From the NCBI RefSeq assembly GCF_030028105.1, contig NC_092401.1:7908984-7972983 (forward strand): DNA of 64,000 bases. Direction: 5' to 3'. Below are positions 50,545-62,984 of this stretch, one piece after another. Made by a program: the position numbers and the translations under genes. Every line of letters begins with the position of its first letter. Within the stretch, counting starts at the first letter, position 1. This DNA comes from Mobula birostris (lineage: Eukaryota). The notes beneath the pieces were generated by a model that was given only the letters and a program-made list of their open reading frames with translations, was not told where the DNA came from and ran no database searches.

Positions 50545-51435
50545 TAGGGGTCCCCAACCTTTCTTGCACCGCAGACCGGCCGATTCGGGGGGGGGGGGGG
50601 GGAGGAGAGAGGGGGAGAGCGGTGTTCAAGTGGGGTTAAACTCACCTCAACATGTCTTTTACAGTTAGGGTTGCCAACTTTCTCACTCCCAAATAAGGGA
50701 CAAAAGTAGCAGTCAAATCCTGACGAAGGGTCCCTGCCCCAAACATTGACTATACCTCTTCCTATAGCTGCTACCTGGCCTGCTGCGTTCACCAGCATTT
50801 TTTGTGTGTGTTGACAGGACACTTTGTGTTTACCCCAAGAAAGACTACCATGACCATGAAGCCTTGCGTGGGCACCTGTGTGCGTACGCGTGCCGTGCGC
50901 ATATGTGACATGCGCGTGTGCGTATGTGCCGATTTTTTTTCACAAATCGGTTTTGGCTTAATCTCCCCGACTACACTGAACATACATTATTTCTACTTTA
51001 TATAGGCTGTGTATTTATCATATCATTCCTGCTTTTACTATATGTTAGAGTTATTTTAGGTTTTGTGTGTTATTTGGTATGATTGGGTAGGTTATTTTTT
51101 TGGGTCTGGGAACGCTCAAAAATTTTTCCCATATAAATTAATGGTAATTGCTTCTTCGCCTTACGCCATTTCGGCATGAAAGGTTTCATAGGAATGCTCT
51201 ACCTTAGAGGGGGAAATACAGGACAAGGGTGGTTCCGTATGGGACAAACCAAATTAGCCCAATATACGGGATGTCCCGACAAATACGGGACAGTTGGCAA
51301 CCCTATGTTAAAGTTCAACAGTGTGTGACAGGGAATGAGGAAAGGTGCAGCTGACTCATATAGTTTCCTCACGGCCTGGTAGCACATGTTTTGCGGCCTG
51401 GTACCGGTCCGCGGCCCGGTGGTTGGGGACCACTG
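50545..51435. mobile_element. Composite hAT-type MITE with nested TIR element (50666-51305) and Penelope fragment
   Basis: Outer TIRs taggggtccccaacc / ggttggggaccactg; inner TIRs tagggttgccaact; flanks share CCATAA. Confidence 0.7.
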
Positions 51436-53110
51436 CCATAAGATATAGAAACAGAATTAGGCCTTTGGCACATTTCCTGCCTTCTGCCCCATATCCCTTC
51501 ATGCCCTGACCAATCAAGCATTTATCAGCCTCTGCCTTACATATACATAAAGACTTGGCCTCCGCTGCTTCCTGTGGCAAAGAATTCCACGGATTCACCA
51601 CTCTCTGGCTAAAGAAATAGCTCTTTATCGCCATTCTAAAAGGATGCCCCTCTATTCTGAGACTCACCCACCATAGGAAACATACTCTCCACATCCACTT
51701 TATCAAGCGCTTTCACCATTTTATAAGTTTCAATTAGGTCACCCTTCATTCTTCTGAATTCTAGTGAATACAGGACCAGAACCATCAAACATTCTTCATA
51801 TGACAAGGCATTCAATCCTGGAATCATTTTTGTGAACATCCTTTGAACTCTCTCCAGTTTCAGTACATCCTTTCTAAGATAAAGGGCCCTAAACTGCTCA
51901 CAAAGCTCCAAGTGAGGCCTCATCAGTGCTTTATAAAGTCTCAACACTACATCCTTGCTTTTATATTCCAGTCCTCTTGAAATGAATAGTAACATTGCAT
52001 TTGTCTTCCTCACCACAGACTCAACCTGCAAATTAACCTTTAGGGAATCCTGCTCAAGGACTCCCAAGACCTTCTGTGTCTCAAGTTTTTGTATTTTCTC
52101 TCCATTTAGAAACTAGCCAACCCTTTCATTTCTTCTACCAAAGTGCATGACCATACACTTCCCTACACTATATTCCATCTGCCATTTTTTGACCCATTCT
52201 CCTAATCTGTCCGAGTCTTTCTATAGCCTCAATACTCCCTCAAAACTACCTGTGCCTCCACCTATCTTCATATCATCTGCAAACTTTGTTGCAAAGCCAC
52301 ATTTTCATCATCCAGATCACTGATATACAACATAAAAAGAATCAGTCCCAGCACAGATCCCTGTGGAACACCACCAGTCAATGGTACCCAGCCAGAAAAG
52401 GTTCCCTTTATTCCCACTCTTTGCCTTTGGCCAATCAGCCACTGCTTTATCCATGCTAGAAACTTTCCTGTAATGCCATGCGCTCATAGCTTGTTAAGCA
52501 GCCTCAAGTGTGGCACCTTATGACCACTTGCTCCCAAGAGTTCTTTTCCTTATGCTCTCTAATCAATTCTGCTTCATTGCACAACAATCAATCCAGAATA
52601 GCTGATCCCCTAGTGCGCTCAACCAAAAGCTGCTCTAAAAAGCCATCTCATAGGCATTCTAGAAATTCTCCCGCTTGGAATCCAGCACCAACCCGATTTT
52701 TTCAATCTACCTGCATATTGAAATCCCCCATGACTATTCTAACATTGCCCTTCTGGCATGCATTTTCCATCTCCCATTGTCATTTGTAGACCACATCCTT
52801 ACTACTATTTGGGGATCTGTATACAACTCCCATCAGGGTCTCTTTACTCTGGCAGTTCCTTAGCTCTACTCACATAATTCAACGCCTTCCAACCCTATGT
52901 CACCTCTAATGATTTGATTTCATCTTTTACCAACAGAGCAACACCACCCCCTCTGCCTTCCTGCCTGTCCTTTCAATACAATGTGTATCCTTGGACATTA
53001 AGCTCCCAGCTACAGTCTTCTTTCAGCCATGATTCAGTGGTGCCTACCAACATCATACCTGTCAGTCTGTAACCATGCTAGAAGTTGATCTACCTTATTC
53101 TCCCATCTCC
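51436..53110 (-). mobile_element. CR1 LINE 3' part
   Basis: ORF 51636-52067 LMRPHLELC...RMKGDLIETYK. Confidence 0.85.
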
Positions 53111-53489
53111 TGCAACTTAGGGACGACTACCTCCCTGTAGCACTTGTCTATCATCTCATTCTCCTGTATGAGTGGAAGGTCATCCAGCTGCAGCTCCAGA
53201 CACTTAATACGTCCTTTATATGCTTGTTGTATTGAATATGCCAATAACTCGGCCTCAAGCCATGGTGTTGCCTGTTTACAGCTGCCAGGAGATAGTTGTC
53301 AGAGCCAGTGCAGTGTGGCATCCAGGCTGGAATCTGTGCTGCCCCCCTCCGCCCCCAACCCAAGTGTTCAATCAGCAGAAGGCAAACTATATTGTGGTCG
53401 TCTGCAGATTTTGGTGGCATTGGATGGCTTGAGTTTGAACTCTTATTGAGTGGTTGTATCTTTCTATCTTATACGTGCTATGTACACAA

Positions 53490-54030
53490 ACACACTAAAT
53501 AGTTAAATTAAACAAATTAAATTAGTGCAAAAATAGAAATAAAGTATGGGGTACTGTCCGTGGGTTTACTGTCCATTCAGAAATCTGATGGCAGAGGGGA
53601 AGAAGCTATTCCTGAATTACTGAGTGTGTGCCTTCAGGCTTCTGTACCTCCTCCTGATGGTAGCAATGAGAACAAGGCAATGAGCTGGGTGATGGGGGTC
53701 CTTATTGATGGACAATGCTTTTTTGAGGCATCGCTCCTTGAAGAGGTCCCAGATACTGTGGAGTCTAGTACCCATGATGGAAATATATTTACAATTTTCT
53801 GCAGCTTATTTCGATTCTGTGCAGTCACTCCCCCCGCCATACCAGACAGTGATGCAGCCAGTTAGAATGCCCTCCACGGTACATCAGTAGAAATTTGAGG
53901 ATTTTTGGAGTCAAACCAAATCTCCTCAAACTCCAATTAAATATAGCCACTGGTATGGCTCCTTTGTAGCTGCATCAATATGTTAGGTCCAGGATAGATC
54001 CTGAGAGATACTGACACTCAGGAACTTCTG
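53490..54030 (-). mobile_element. Rex1/Babar-type LINE 3' part
   Basis: ALFSLLPSGG motif, same family as 15050. Confidence 0.75.
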
Positions 54031-54178
54031 CTTGGACTTATCGCAGTATTAGGCTCAGTTGCATGCCAGGCACACAGTAGCATCTTTGTGTGAATTTTTT
54101 CAAATGATAAATTATTTATTTGCTGCCATTTATCCTATAACATTTTGCTATATACTCAGAATAAGAGATGTTACTTAC

Positions 54179-54454
54179 TGTACACTGGAACCACCAGTTT
54201 CCTCTCCCGCACTGCCGTTCCTGCAGATTGACAGATTACAGTACATGGCACTGTCAGATCCCATTTCTGGATACTCGAAAATCGGTCTGTAATCAACTTA
54301 TCAGCATGAGTTCTGTTGGGATTTAGCCCTGGTTTATATTCCAGAATGATCCTTGGGTTGTTACACATTGTACTGCAGGTCACCTCCAGGGACTCCCCGA
54401 ATTCCACCACTGGACGGCTGGTTTCGATCAAAACCTCAAATCCATACACTTCAT
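54179..54454 (-). CDS. ICAM-family gene, exon for Ig domain 1 (ICAM N-terminal type)
   Basis: Minus strand tctggcAG|AT GAA GTG...GTG TAC A|GTAAGT; 276 bp, phase 1-1. Encodes EVLIETSRPVVEFGESLEVTCSTMCNNPRIILEYK...PCTVIC...VVPVY, with the CxxxC...CxxxC pattern of ICAM D1. Confidence 0.9.
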
Positions 54455-54937
54455 CTGCCAGAGAAACAATCACAATCAGTATGGGAACATTGAACCCATT
54501 TAAACAAAAGTTATGATAAAACTCATGGCACAGTTTTAAATTATCACCTCAGTAAGGCCATCAGTTCTTGAAAGGTAGACGCCATCAATGTCCATCTGTT
54601 ACCAGACAGAGCACACATACTCTAATGAGAGTCCCATGTTCATCTAGCACAGGTGTTCCCAAGCATTTTGATGCTGTGGACCCTGTACCATTAACCAAGG
54701 GGTCTGTGGGCCCCCGATCTAGAATCTGCATTATTGCAGCAGTTCAGTGATAGATTCTGCATTCAAAGACATGGAGGCTGTGAACTTTGGACACGTACTT
54801 CACCACAAACTCACCAAACGCATTATTTAAGCAATAGTTTAAACCTAAGAGCCACGTGTCCACCCATGGGGTTCGGCCTATAACTCCACTCTCCGCAGCC
54901 TGCAGCTTCTTCCTTCCTACTAGCTGTTCTTTCAGTG

Positions 54938-54973
54938 AGTCCTGACGAAGGGTCTCGGCCCGAAACGTCGACT
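54938..54973 (+). ncRNA. Minimal type-I hammerhead ribozyme motif in a Penelope 3' fragment (~54880-55037)
   Basis: AGUC/GACU stem I; CUGACGA; A; GGGU-CUCG-GCCC; GAAA; ACGU; GUC triplet. Confidence 0.72.
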
Positions 54974-55261
54974 GTACCTCTTCCTAGAGATGCTGCCTGC
55001 CCTGCTGCGTTCACCAGCAACTTTGATGTGTGTTGCTTCTTCCCTCTGCCAGCTACGGTAACCAGCAGAAATATCCTGAATATAGCTACAAGAACAAGGG
55101 GTGGGAGAGGTAATTATGAAATTCAATGGCCCAATACATTTCATGAATACCCAAGACAGGTTGGAAACAGGAGTGGTTTCAAGGGTGAAGGATTTTAGAA
55201 TAAGCGGCAAGTGATACGCCTAAACCAGGAGCAGGAATTTACTGCCTTACATTTATATCTA

Positions 55262-55885
55262 ATTAGATTAGATTATGAAGACACGCAGTCCTCTTTTATT
55301 GTCATTTAGTAATGCATGCATTAAGAAGTGATACAATATTTCCTCCGGTGTGATATCACAAAAACACAGGACAAACCAAGACTGAAAAAACTAACAAAAC
55401 CACATAATTATAACATATAGTTACAACAGTGCAACAATACCATAACTTGATGAAGAACAGTCCAGGGCACAGTAAGTTCAAAGTCTCTCAAATGTCCCAC
55501 ATCTCACATAGATGGGAGAAGGAAAAAAAACTCTCCCTGCCATGCCCGACCACAGTCCGACTCTGAGTCATCCGAAAACTTCGAGCCTCCGAATCAGCCT
55601 CCGACACCGAGTACCGAGCGCCATCTCTGTCCGAACGATTCCACCTCAATCTCGGTTGCCAACAGCAGGCAAAGCCGGGGATTTTGAGGCCTTCCCTCCG
55701 GAAGAGTCTCAATCACGCAGTAACAACAGCAGCGAACCTGCGTTTCAGAAATTTCTCCAGCTGTTCCTCTGTGCTTTCACGTCTGTCTCCATCAAATCAG
55801 AATTGTCCACGGCCCCTATTTAACGGATACAATATAATTTTCACCGGAGGGCTGCGTGATCAACGCGCTGCTATCTCCTCCTCCC
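55262..55885 (-). mobile_element. Non-coding CpG-rich retroposon-like repeat with (aatct)n tail
   Basis: Reverse complement ends gacaataaaagagg...taatctaatctaat; no tRNA head or RT motif seen. Confidence 0.55.
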
Positions 55886-55908
55886 GCCGTGAAATTAAGT
55901 GAAATACA

Positions 55909-56174
55909 GGGGCAACACAGTAGCATAGTGTTAGCACAATAATTTACAGTGCCGGTGACACGGGTGCAATTCCCACCACTTCCTGTAAGGAGTCTGTACA
56001 TTCCTCTGCTTCCTCGCTCCTCCACATACTCCAGTTTCCTCCCACAGACGTACTGGTTGGTAGGTTGATTCATCATTAAAAATTGTCCATGACTAAGCTC
56101 GGATTAAATCAGGGGACTGCTGGTGGCGCAGTTTGAAGGGCCTATTCTGCACTGTATCTCAATAAATAAATACA
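55909..56174 (+). mobile_element. tRNA-derived V-domain SINE
   Basis: Family head, core and tail; possible AAATACA TSD. Confidence 0.8.
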
Positions 56175-56664
56175 TTTCAATATTTTAAAATAATTTTTGC
56201 TGAGTGTAGACTTCAGAGGCAAGTGTTCAAAGTCCATGTGTTACCAAAGTGTGTATACTATTTAGAACCTGGAGGTTCATCTCCTAATAGGCAGCCACAA
56301 AACAAAGAAACCATAAAAAAAAAGGCCATCAAACACCCAACATGCACAAAAGGAAAAACACAAACTGTGCAAACAATATAAGTAAATAACATTCAGAACT
56401 AAAGTTCACGAAAGAGAGTCCACAGTGTAAAGTAGTACATGTAATGTCTAAACATCTGCTATAAGATTTCCCCCATAACAGACTATGGAACAAGGTCAGA
56501 GCGAGTGCACCTGGAAGGCAAATAGTGAACCACATTACTTGATGGCTTCACGAAAGGACACATTGTCTGCAAATGAAAAGTCGATTTTCAGAGAAGTAGT
56601 TGGAGACCTGGAACTATTGCTCTTCACTCAGTACAGCTTCTATGGAATTAAGAACTTGAGGACA

Positions 56665-59396
56665 GGACAGATATGAAAAGGAGGTGGGGTGGTATTGCTG
56701 GTTAGAGAGGAGATTAACGCAATAGAAAGGAAGGATGTTAGCCGGGAGGATGTGGAGTCGATATGGGTAGAGCTGCATAACACTAAGGGGCAGAAAACGC
56801 TGGTGGGAGTTGTGTACAGGCCACCTAACAGTAGTAGTGAGGTTGGGGATGGCATTAAACAGGAAATTAGAAATGTGTGCAATAAAAGAACAGCAGTTAT
56901 AATGGGTGACTTCAATCTACATATAGATTGGGTGAACCAAATTGGTAAGGGTGCTGAGGAAGAGGATTTCTTGGAATGTATGCGGGATAGTTTTCTGAAC
57001 CAACTTGTCGAGGAACCAACTAGAGAACAGGCCATTCTGGACTGCATATTGAGCAATGAGGAAAGGTTAGTTAGCAATCTTGTCGTGTGAGGCCCCTTGG
57101 GTAAGAGTGACCATAATATGGTGGAATTCTTCATTAAGATGAGGAGTGATATAGTTAATTCAGAAACAAAGGTTCTGAACTTAAAGAAGGGTAACTTTGA
57201 AGGTATGAGACATGAATTAGCTAAGATAGACTAGCAAATGATACTTAAAGGATTGACGGTGGATATGCAATGGCAAGCATTTAAAGATCGCATGGATGAA
57301 CTACAACGATTGTTCATCCCAGTTTGGCAAAAGAATAAACCAGGCAAGGTAGTGCACCTGTAGCTGACAAGGGAAGTTAGGGATAGTATCAATTCCAAAG
57401 AAGAGACATGCAAATTAGCCAGAAAGAGCAGCACACCTGAGGACTGGTAGAAACTCAGAGTCCAGCAGAGGAGGACAAAGGGCTTAATTAGGAAAGGGAA
57501 AAAAAAAGATTATGAGAGAAAGCTGGTAGGGAACATAAAAACTGACTATAAAAGCTTTTATAGATATGTGAAAAGAAAAAGATTGATTAAGACAAATATA
57601 GGTCCCTTACAGTCAGAAACAGGTGAATTGATTATGGGGAACAAGGACATGGCAGACCAATTGAATAACTACCTTGGTTCTGTCTTCACTAAGAAGGACA
57701 TAAATTAACTTCCAGAAATAGTAGGGGACAGAGGGTCCAGTGAGATGGAGGAACTGAGGGAAAAACATGTAAGTAGGGAAGTGGTGTTAGGTAAATTGAA
57801 GGGATTAAAGGCAGATAAGTCCCCAGGACCAGATAGTCTGCATCCCAGAGTGCTTAAGGAAGTAGCTCAAGAAATAGTGGATGCATTAGTGATAATTTTT
57901 CAAAACTCTTTAGATTCTGGATTAGTTCCTGAGGATTGGAGGGTGGCTAATGTAACCCCACTTTTTTAAAAAAGGAGGGAGAGAGAAAAATCGGGGAATT
58001 ATAGACCGGTAAGCCTGACATCGGTGGTGGGGAAAATGCTAGAGTCAGTTATCAAAGATGTGATAAAAGCACATTTGGAAAGCGGTGAAATCATCGGACA
58101 AAGTCAGCATGGATTTGTGAAAGGAAAATCATGGCCGACGAATCTCAGAATTTTTTTTGAGGATGTAACTGGTAGAGTGGATAGGGGAGAACCAGTGGAT
58201 GTGGTATATTTGGATTTTCAAAATGCTTTTGACAGGTCCCACACAGGAGATTAGTGTGCAAACTTAAAACACACGGTTTTGGGGGTATGGTATTGATGTG
58301 GATAGAGAATTTGTTGGCAGACAGGAAGCAAAGAGTGGGAATAAATGGGACTTTTTCAGAATGGCAGGCAGTGACTAGTGGGGTACCGCAAGGCTCAGTG
58401 CTGGCACCCCAGCTGTTTACAATATATATTAATGACTTAGATGAGGGAATTTAATGCAGCATTTCTAAGTTTGCGGACGACACGAAGCTGGGCGGCAGTG
58501 TTAGCTGTGAGGAGGATGCTAAGAGGATGCAGGGTGACTTGGATAGGTTAGGCGAGTGGGCAAATTCATGGCAGATGCAATTTAATGTGGATAAATGTGA
58601 GGTTATCCACTTTGGTGGCAAGAACAGGAAAACAGATTATCTGAATGTTGGCCGATTAGGAAAAGGGGAGGTGCAACGAAACCTGGGTGTCATTGTACAC
58701 CAGACATTGAAAGAGGGTATGCAGGTACAGCAGGCAGTGAAAAAGGTGAATGCTATACTGGCATTCTTAGCAAGAGGATTTGAGTACAGGAGCAGGGAGG
58801 TACTACTACAGTTGTACAAGGCCCTGGTGAGACTACACCTGGAATATTGTGTGCAGTTTTGGTCCCCTAATCTGAGGAAAGACATTCTTGCCATAGAGGG
58901 AGTACAAAGAAGGTTCACCAGATTGACTCCTGGGATGGCAGGACTTTTATATGATGAAAGACTGGGTCAACTAGGCTTATACTCTCTGGGATTTAGAAGA
59001 TTGAGGGGGAAATCTTATTGAAACGTATAAAATTCTAAAGGGATTGGACAGGCTAGATGCAGGAAGATTGTTCCCGATGTTGGGGAAGTCCAGAACGAGG
59101 GGTCACAGTTTAAGGATAAAGGGGAAGCCTTTTAGGACCGAGATTAGGAAAAACTTCTTCACACAGAGAGTGGTGAATCTGTGGAATTCTCTGCCATAGG
59201 AAACAGTTGAGGCCAGTTCATTGGCTATATTTAAGAGGGAGTTAGATATGGCCCTTGTGGCTAAAGGGATCAGAGGGTATGGAGAGAAGGCTGGTACAGG
59301 GTTCTGAGTTGGATGATCAGCCATGATCATACTGAATGGTGGAGCAGGCTCGAAGGGCCGATTGGCCTACTCCTGCACCTATTTTCTATGTTTCTA
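56665..59396 (+). mobile_element. CR1 LINE, ~2.7 kb ORF2 (APE endonuclease plus RT), disrupted
   Basis: GVVYRPPNS, IMGDFN, SDHN (APE); [28 protein letters not shown] (RT); stops and frameshifts; ttctatgtttct tail. Confidence 0.95.
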
Positions 59397-59529
59397 ATTC
59401 AGGAGAACATTAGTAAACATACAGAATTAGTAACTAAATGACAGAAGAGGTGCAACACAAGTAGATGAGAAAAATAAGGAGATCATTCACAAGGTTCAGA
59501 CTAAACAGTCCAAATACTGAAGTACAATA

Positions 59530-59670
59530 AAGTCTGCTGATGCTGGAAACCCAAAGACAGACAGACACAGAGCGAGAGAGAGACACACACAAAATCTTTA
59601 GGTCAGACAGCATCTTTGGAAATGAATGAACAGTCGATGTTTCAGTCCGAGACTCTTCTTCAGGACTCCA
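59530..59670 (-). mobile_element. Penelope-like 3' end fragment
   Basis: Reverse complement agtcctgaagaagagtctcggactgaaacatcgact. Confidence 0.65.
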
Positions 59671-60010
59671 GAGGACCATAAGATTTAGGAGCAGAATTTG
59701 GCCATTTGGCCCATCGAGTCTGCTCCACCATTTTACCATAGCTGACCCATTTTCCCTCTCAGCCACAATCTCCTGCCTTTTCCTCATAAACCTTCACACC
59801 CTGACCAATCAAGAATCTATCAACCTCCGCTTTAAATATACCCAATGACTTGGTCTCCACAGTTGCCTTTGGCAACAAATTCCACAGATTCACCAGTCTC
59901 CGGCTAAGGAAATTCCTACTCATCCATGTTCTAAATAGACATCCCTATTCTAAGCCTGTACCCTTGGGTCTTAGCCCCCTCCCCCCATCTTAGGAAACAT
60001 CCTCTCCATT
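59670..60010 (-). mobile_element. CR1 LINE 3' end
   Basis: gaccataagatttaggagcagaatttggcc... same tail type as 13672. Confidence 0.8.
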
Positions 60011-60299
60011 GAGACTTTCCTCACTACCAACTCAAAAGAATACCACCAATATATACAATCCTTGTGCGAATGAGACTGAAAGACAATGCACAGTGTCCGA
60101 TACAATGAACATATAAAATGGGAATTAATTCATGGATAAAAGACTGGTGTGGAAAAGAAGAGGCACTTGCACTATTTCTGGGACAAGAACCAATGGTTCC
60201 ATGCCTGAGGAGAATGCATTACTAGGGAGGACACCTGCCCCATTACAATGGAGCCAACACAAACTTGAATACATCTTCCACCTGGGCACTTTCGTAGCT

Positions 60300-60600
60300 A
60301 ATCAAAAACACAAAAAATCTGCAGATGCAGGTCAGGCAGCATCTATAGAAAAGAGTAAACAATTGACGTTTTGGGCTGAGACCCTTCTTTAGGGCCAAGA
60401 AGGAAGATAGGAGATGCCTGAATTAAAAGTGGGGACTGGACAATAGGAGAAAGGGAAGGACGAGGGGACCCAGGGGGAAGTAATAGGCAGGTGAGAAGAG
60501 ATAAGAGGTCAGAATGAAGAATAGAGGAAGGGAGGGGGGAGGAATTTTGTTCACTGGAAGGAGAAATTGATATTCATACCATCTGCAGTTTGCTGCACCA
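60300..60600 (-). mobile_element. Penelope-like 3' end fragment
   Basis: aaaatctgcagatgc...gagacccttc plus purine tract. Confidence 0.7.
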
Positions 60601-60762
60601 AATATTGAGTTCTCCAACTTCAGTTACCTTGCTCTCTCTGCATTAGACATAGCATTTTCCACTGAAATTATTCATCTGTGATAACGGTTCTGTTTCTAGT
60701 TCAGTCGGGGGGGGGGGTGTTTTGTGTATGCGCGTGCGTGTGTGCATATCTATATACATACA

Positions 60763-62553
60763 CAGTGGCATACAAAAATTTGGGCACCCCTGGTCAAAAT
60801 TTCTGTTGCTAGTGAATAGCTAAGCAAGTAAAAGGTGAACTGATTTCTAAAAGGCATAAAGTTAAAGATGAAACATTTCTTTAATATTTTAAGCACAAAA
60901 ACTTTTTTATTTCCATCTTTTACAGTTTCAAAATAACAAAAAAGGAAAAGGGCTCGAAGCAAAAGATTGGGCACCCTGAATGGCCAAACTTAGTAACATC
61001 CCCTTTGGCAAGTATCTTAGCTTTTTGTAGCCAGCTAAGAGTCTTTCAACTCTTGTTTGGGGGATTTTCACCCAGTCTTCCTTGCAAAAGGATCCTAGTT
61101 CTGTGAGATTCTTGGGCCGTCTTGCATGCACTGCTCTTTTGAGGTCTATCCACAGATTCTTGATGATGTTTAGGTCAGGGCACTGTGAGGGCCATGGCAA
61201 AACCTTCAGCTTGCGCATCTTGAGGTAGTCCATTGTGGATTTTGAGGTGTGTTTAGGTTCATTATCCTGTTGTAGAAGCCATCCTCTTTTTATCTTTGGC
61301 TTTTTTTTAAAAAAAAACAGATGTGATGTTTGCTTCCAGAATTTGCTGGTATTTAATTGAATTCATTCTTCCCTCTACCAGTAAATGTTCCCCGTGCCAC
61401 TGGCTGCAATACAAGCCCAAAACATGATCGATCCACCCCATGCTTAACAGTTAGAGAGGGGTTCTTTTCATGAAATTCTGCACCCTTTTTTCTCCAAACA
61501 TACCTTTGCTCATTGCTGCCAAAAAGTTCTATTTTAACTTCATCAGTCCACAGGACTTGTTTCCAAAATGCATCAGGCTTGTTTAGATGTTCCTTTGAAC
61601 TTTCTGAGTAGAACTTTTTGGCCACAATGAGCAAAGGTATGTTTGGAGAAAAAAAAAGGGTACAGAATTTCATGCAAAGAACTCCTCTCCAAATGTTAAG
61701 TACAGGGGTGAATCGATCATGCTTTGGGCTTGTGTTGCAGCCAGTGGCACAGGGAACATTTACTGGTAGAGGGAAGAATGAATTCAATTAAATACCAGCA
61801 AATTCTAGAAGCAAACATCACACCATTTGTAAAAAAGCCGAAGATGAAAAGAGCAACACAAACACAAAATGCTGGTGGAACGCAGCAGGCTAGGCGGCAT
61901 CTATAGGAAGAAGTACCATCGGCGTTTTGGGCCGATGCTGCCTGGCCCGCTGCGTTCCACCAGCATTTTGTGTGTGTTGCTTGAATTTTCAGCATCTGCA
62001 GATTTTCTCATGAAGATGAAGAGGATGGCTTCTACAACAGGATAATGAACCTAAACACACTCCAAAATCCACAATGGACTACCTCAAGAGGTGCAAGCTG
62101 AAGGTTTTGCCATGGTCCTCACAGTCCTCTGACCTAAACATCATCAAGAATCTGTGGATAGACCTCAAAACAGCAATGCATGCAAGACCGCCCAAGAATC
62201 TCACAGAACTAGAAGCCTTTTGCAAGGAAGACTGAGCAAAAATCCCCCAAACAAATATTGAAAGACCCTTAGCTGGCTACAAAAAGTGTTTACAAGCTAA
62301 GATACTTGCCAAAGTGGGTGCTACTAAGTACTGCCATGCAGGGTGCCCAAACTTTTGCTTCGGGCCTTTTTCCCTTTTTGTTATTTTGAAACTGTAAAAG
62401 ATGGAAATAAAAAAGTTTTCTTGCCTTAAAATGTTAAAGAAATGTGTCATCTTTAACTTCATGCTTTTTGGAAATCAGTTCATCTTTTACTTGCTTAGCT
62501 ATTCACAGTAACAGAAATTTTGACCGGGGTGGCCAAACTTTTGCATGCCACAG
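60763..62553. mobile_element. Palindromic (fold-back) Tc1-derived element
   Basis: Arms 60763-61531 and 61609-62553 are reverse complements, each = transposase C-terminal half plus right TIR; 77-bp spacer. Confidence 0.92.
61853..62011. mobile_element. Penelope-derived hairpin insertion in the right arm of the Tc1 palindrome
   Basis: gcaacacaaacacaaaatgctggtggaacgcagcagg ... cctggcccgctgcgttccaccagcattttgtgtgtgttgc; TSD GAAGATGAAAAGA / GAAGATGAAGAGG. Confidence 0.85.
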
Positions 62554-62984
62554 TAGGTAGGTAGGGATGGATAGATGGATATAAATTCTTTACACATCTA
62601 CAAGATCTCCCTTCATTCTTCTGTCCAGTCTACTCAATGTTCTTGGGCCTGTACTCAAGTCTCAGTGTCTTTGATCTCTCTCTATAATCTAATCCTTCCT
62701 GGCAACATCCTCAATTTTTTTTTTCTGCACTTTCTTATTGCAGGGTGACCAGAACTGAACACAACAGTCCAAATATTGCCTCAGCAACATCTTCTACAAC
62801 TACAACATAACACCCTAACTTCTACATGCCCTAACTGATGAAGAACAGCATGCCAAAAGCCTCATCACCTTGTCTACCTGTGACACCACATTCAGGGAAA
62901 CATGTACCTGTACTCCTGACTCCCCGTTTTACAACACTCCCCAGAGGCCTTTGCTGCCCGATCCTAAAGGCTTTCCCAGTCTTT

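Noticed and set aside
60624-60676. Small AG...GT-bounded minus-strand segment as the leader exon
   Set aside because: The ATG frames give a stop or a non-hydrophobic peptide with a phase-2 donor, incompatible with D1.
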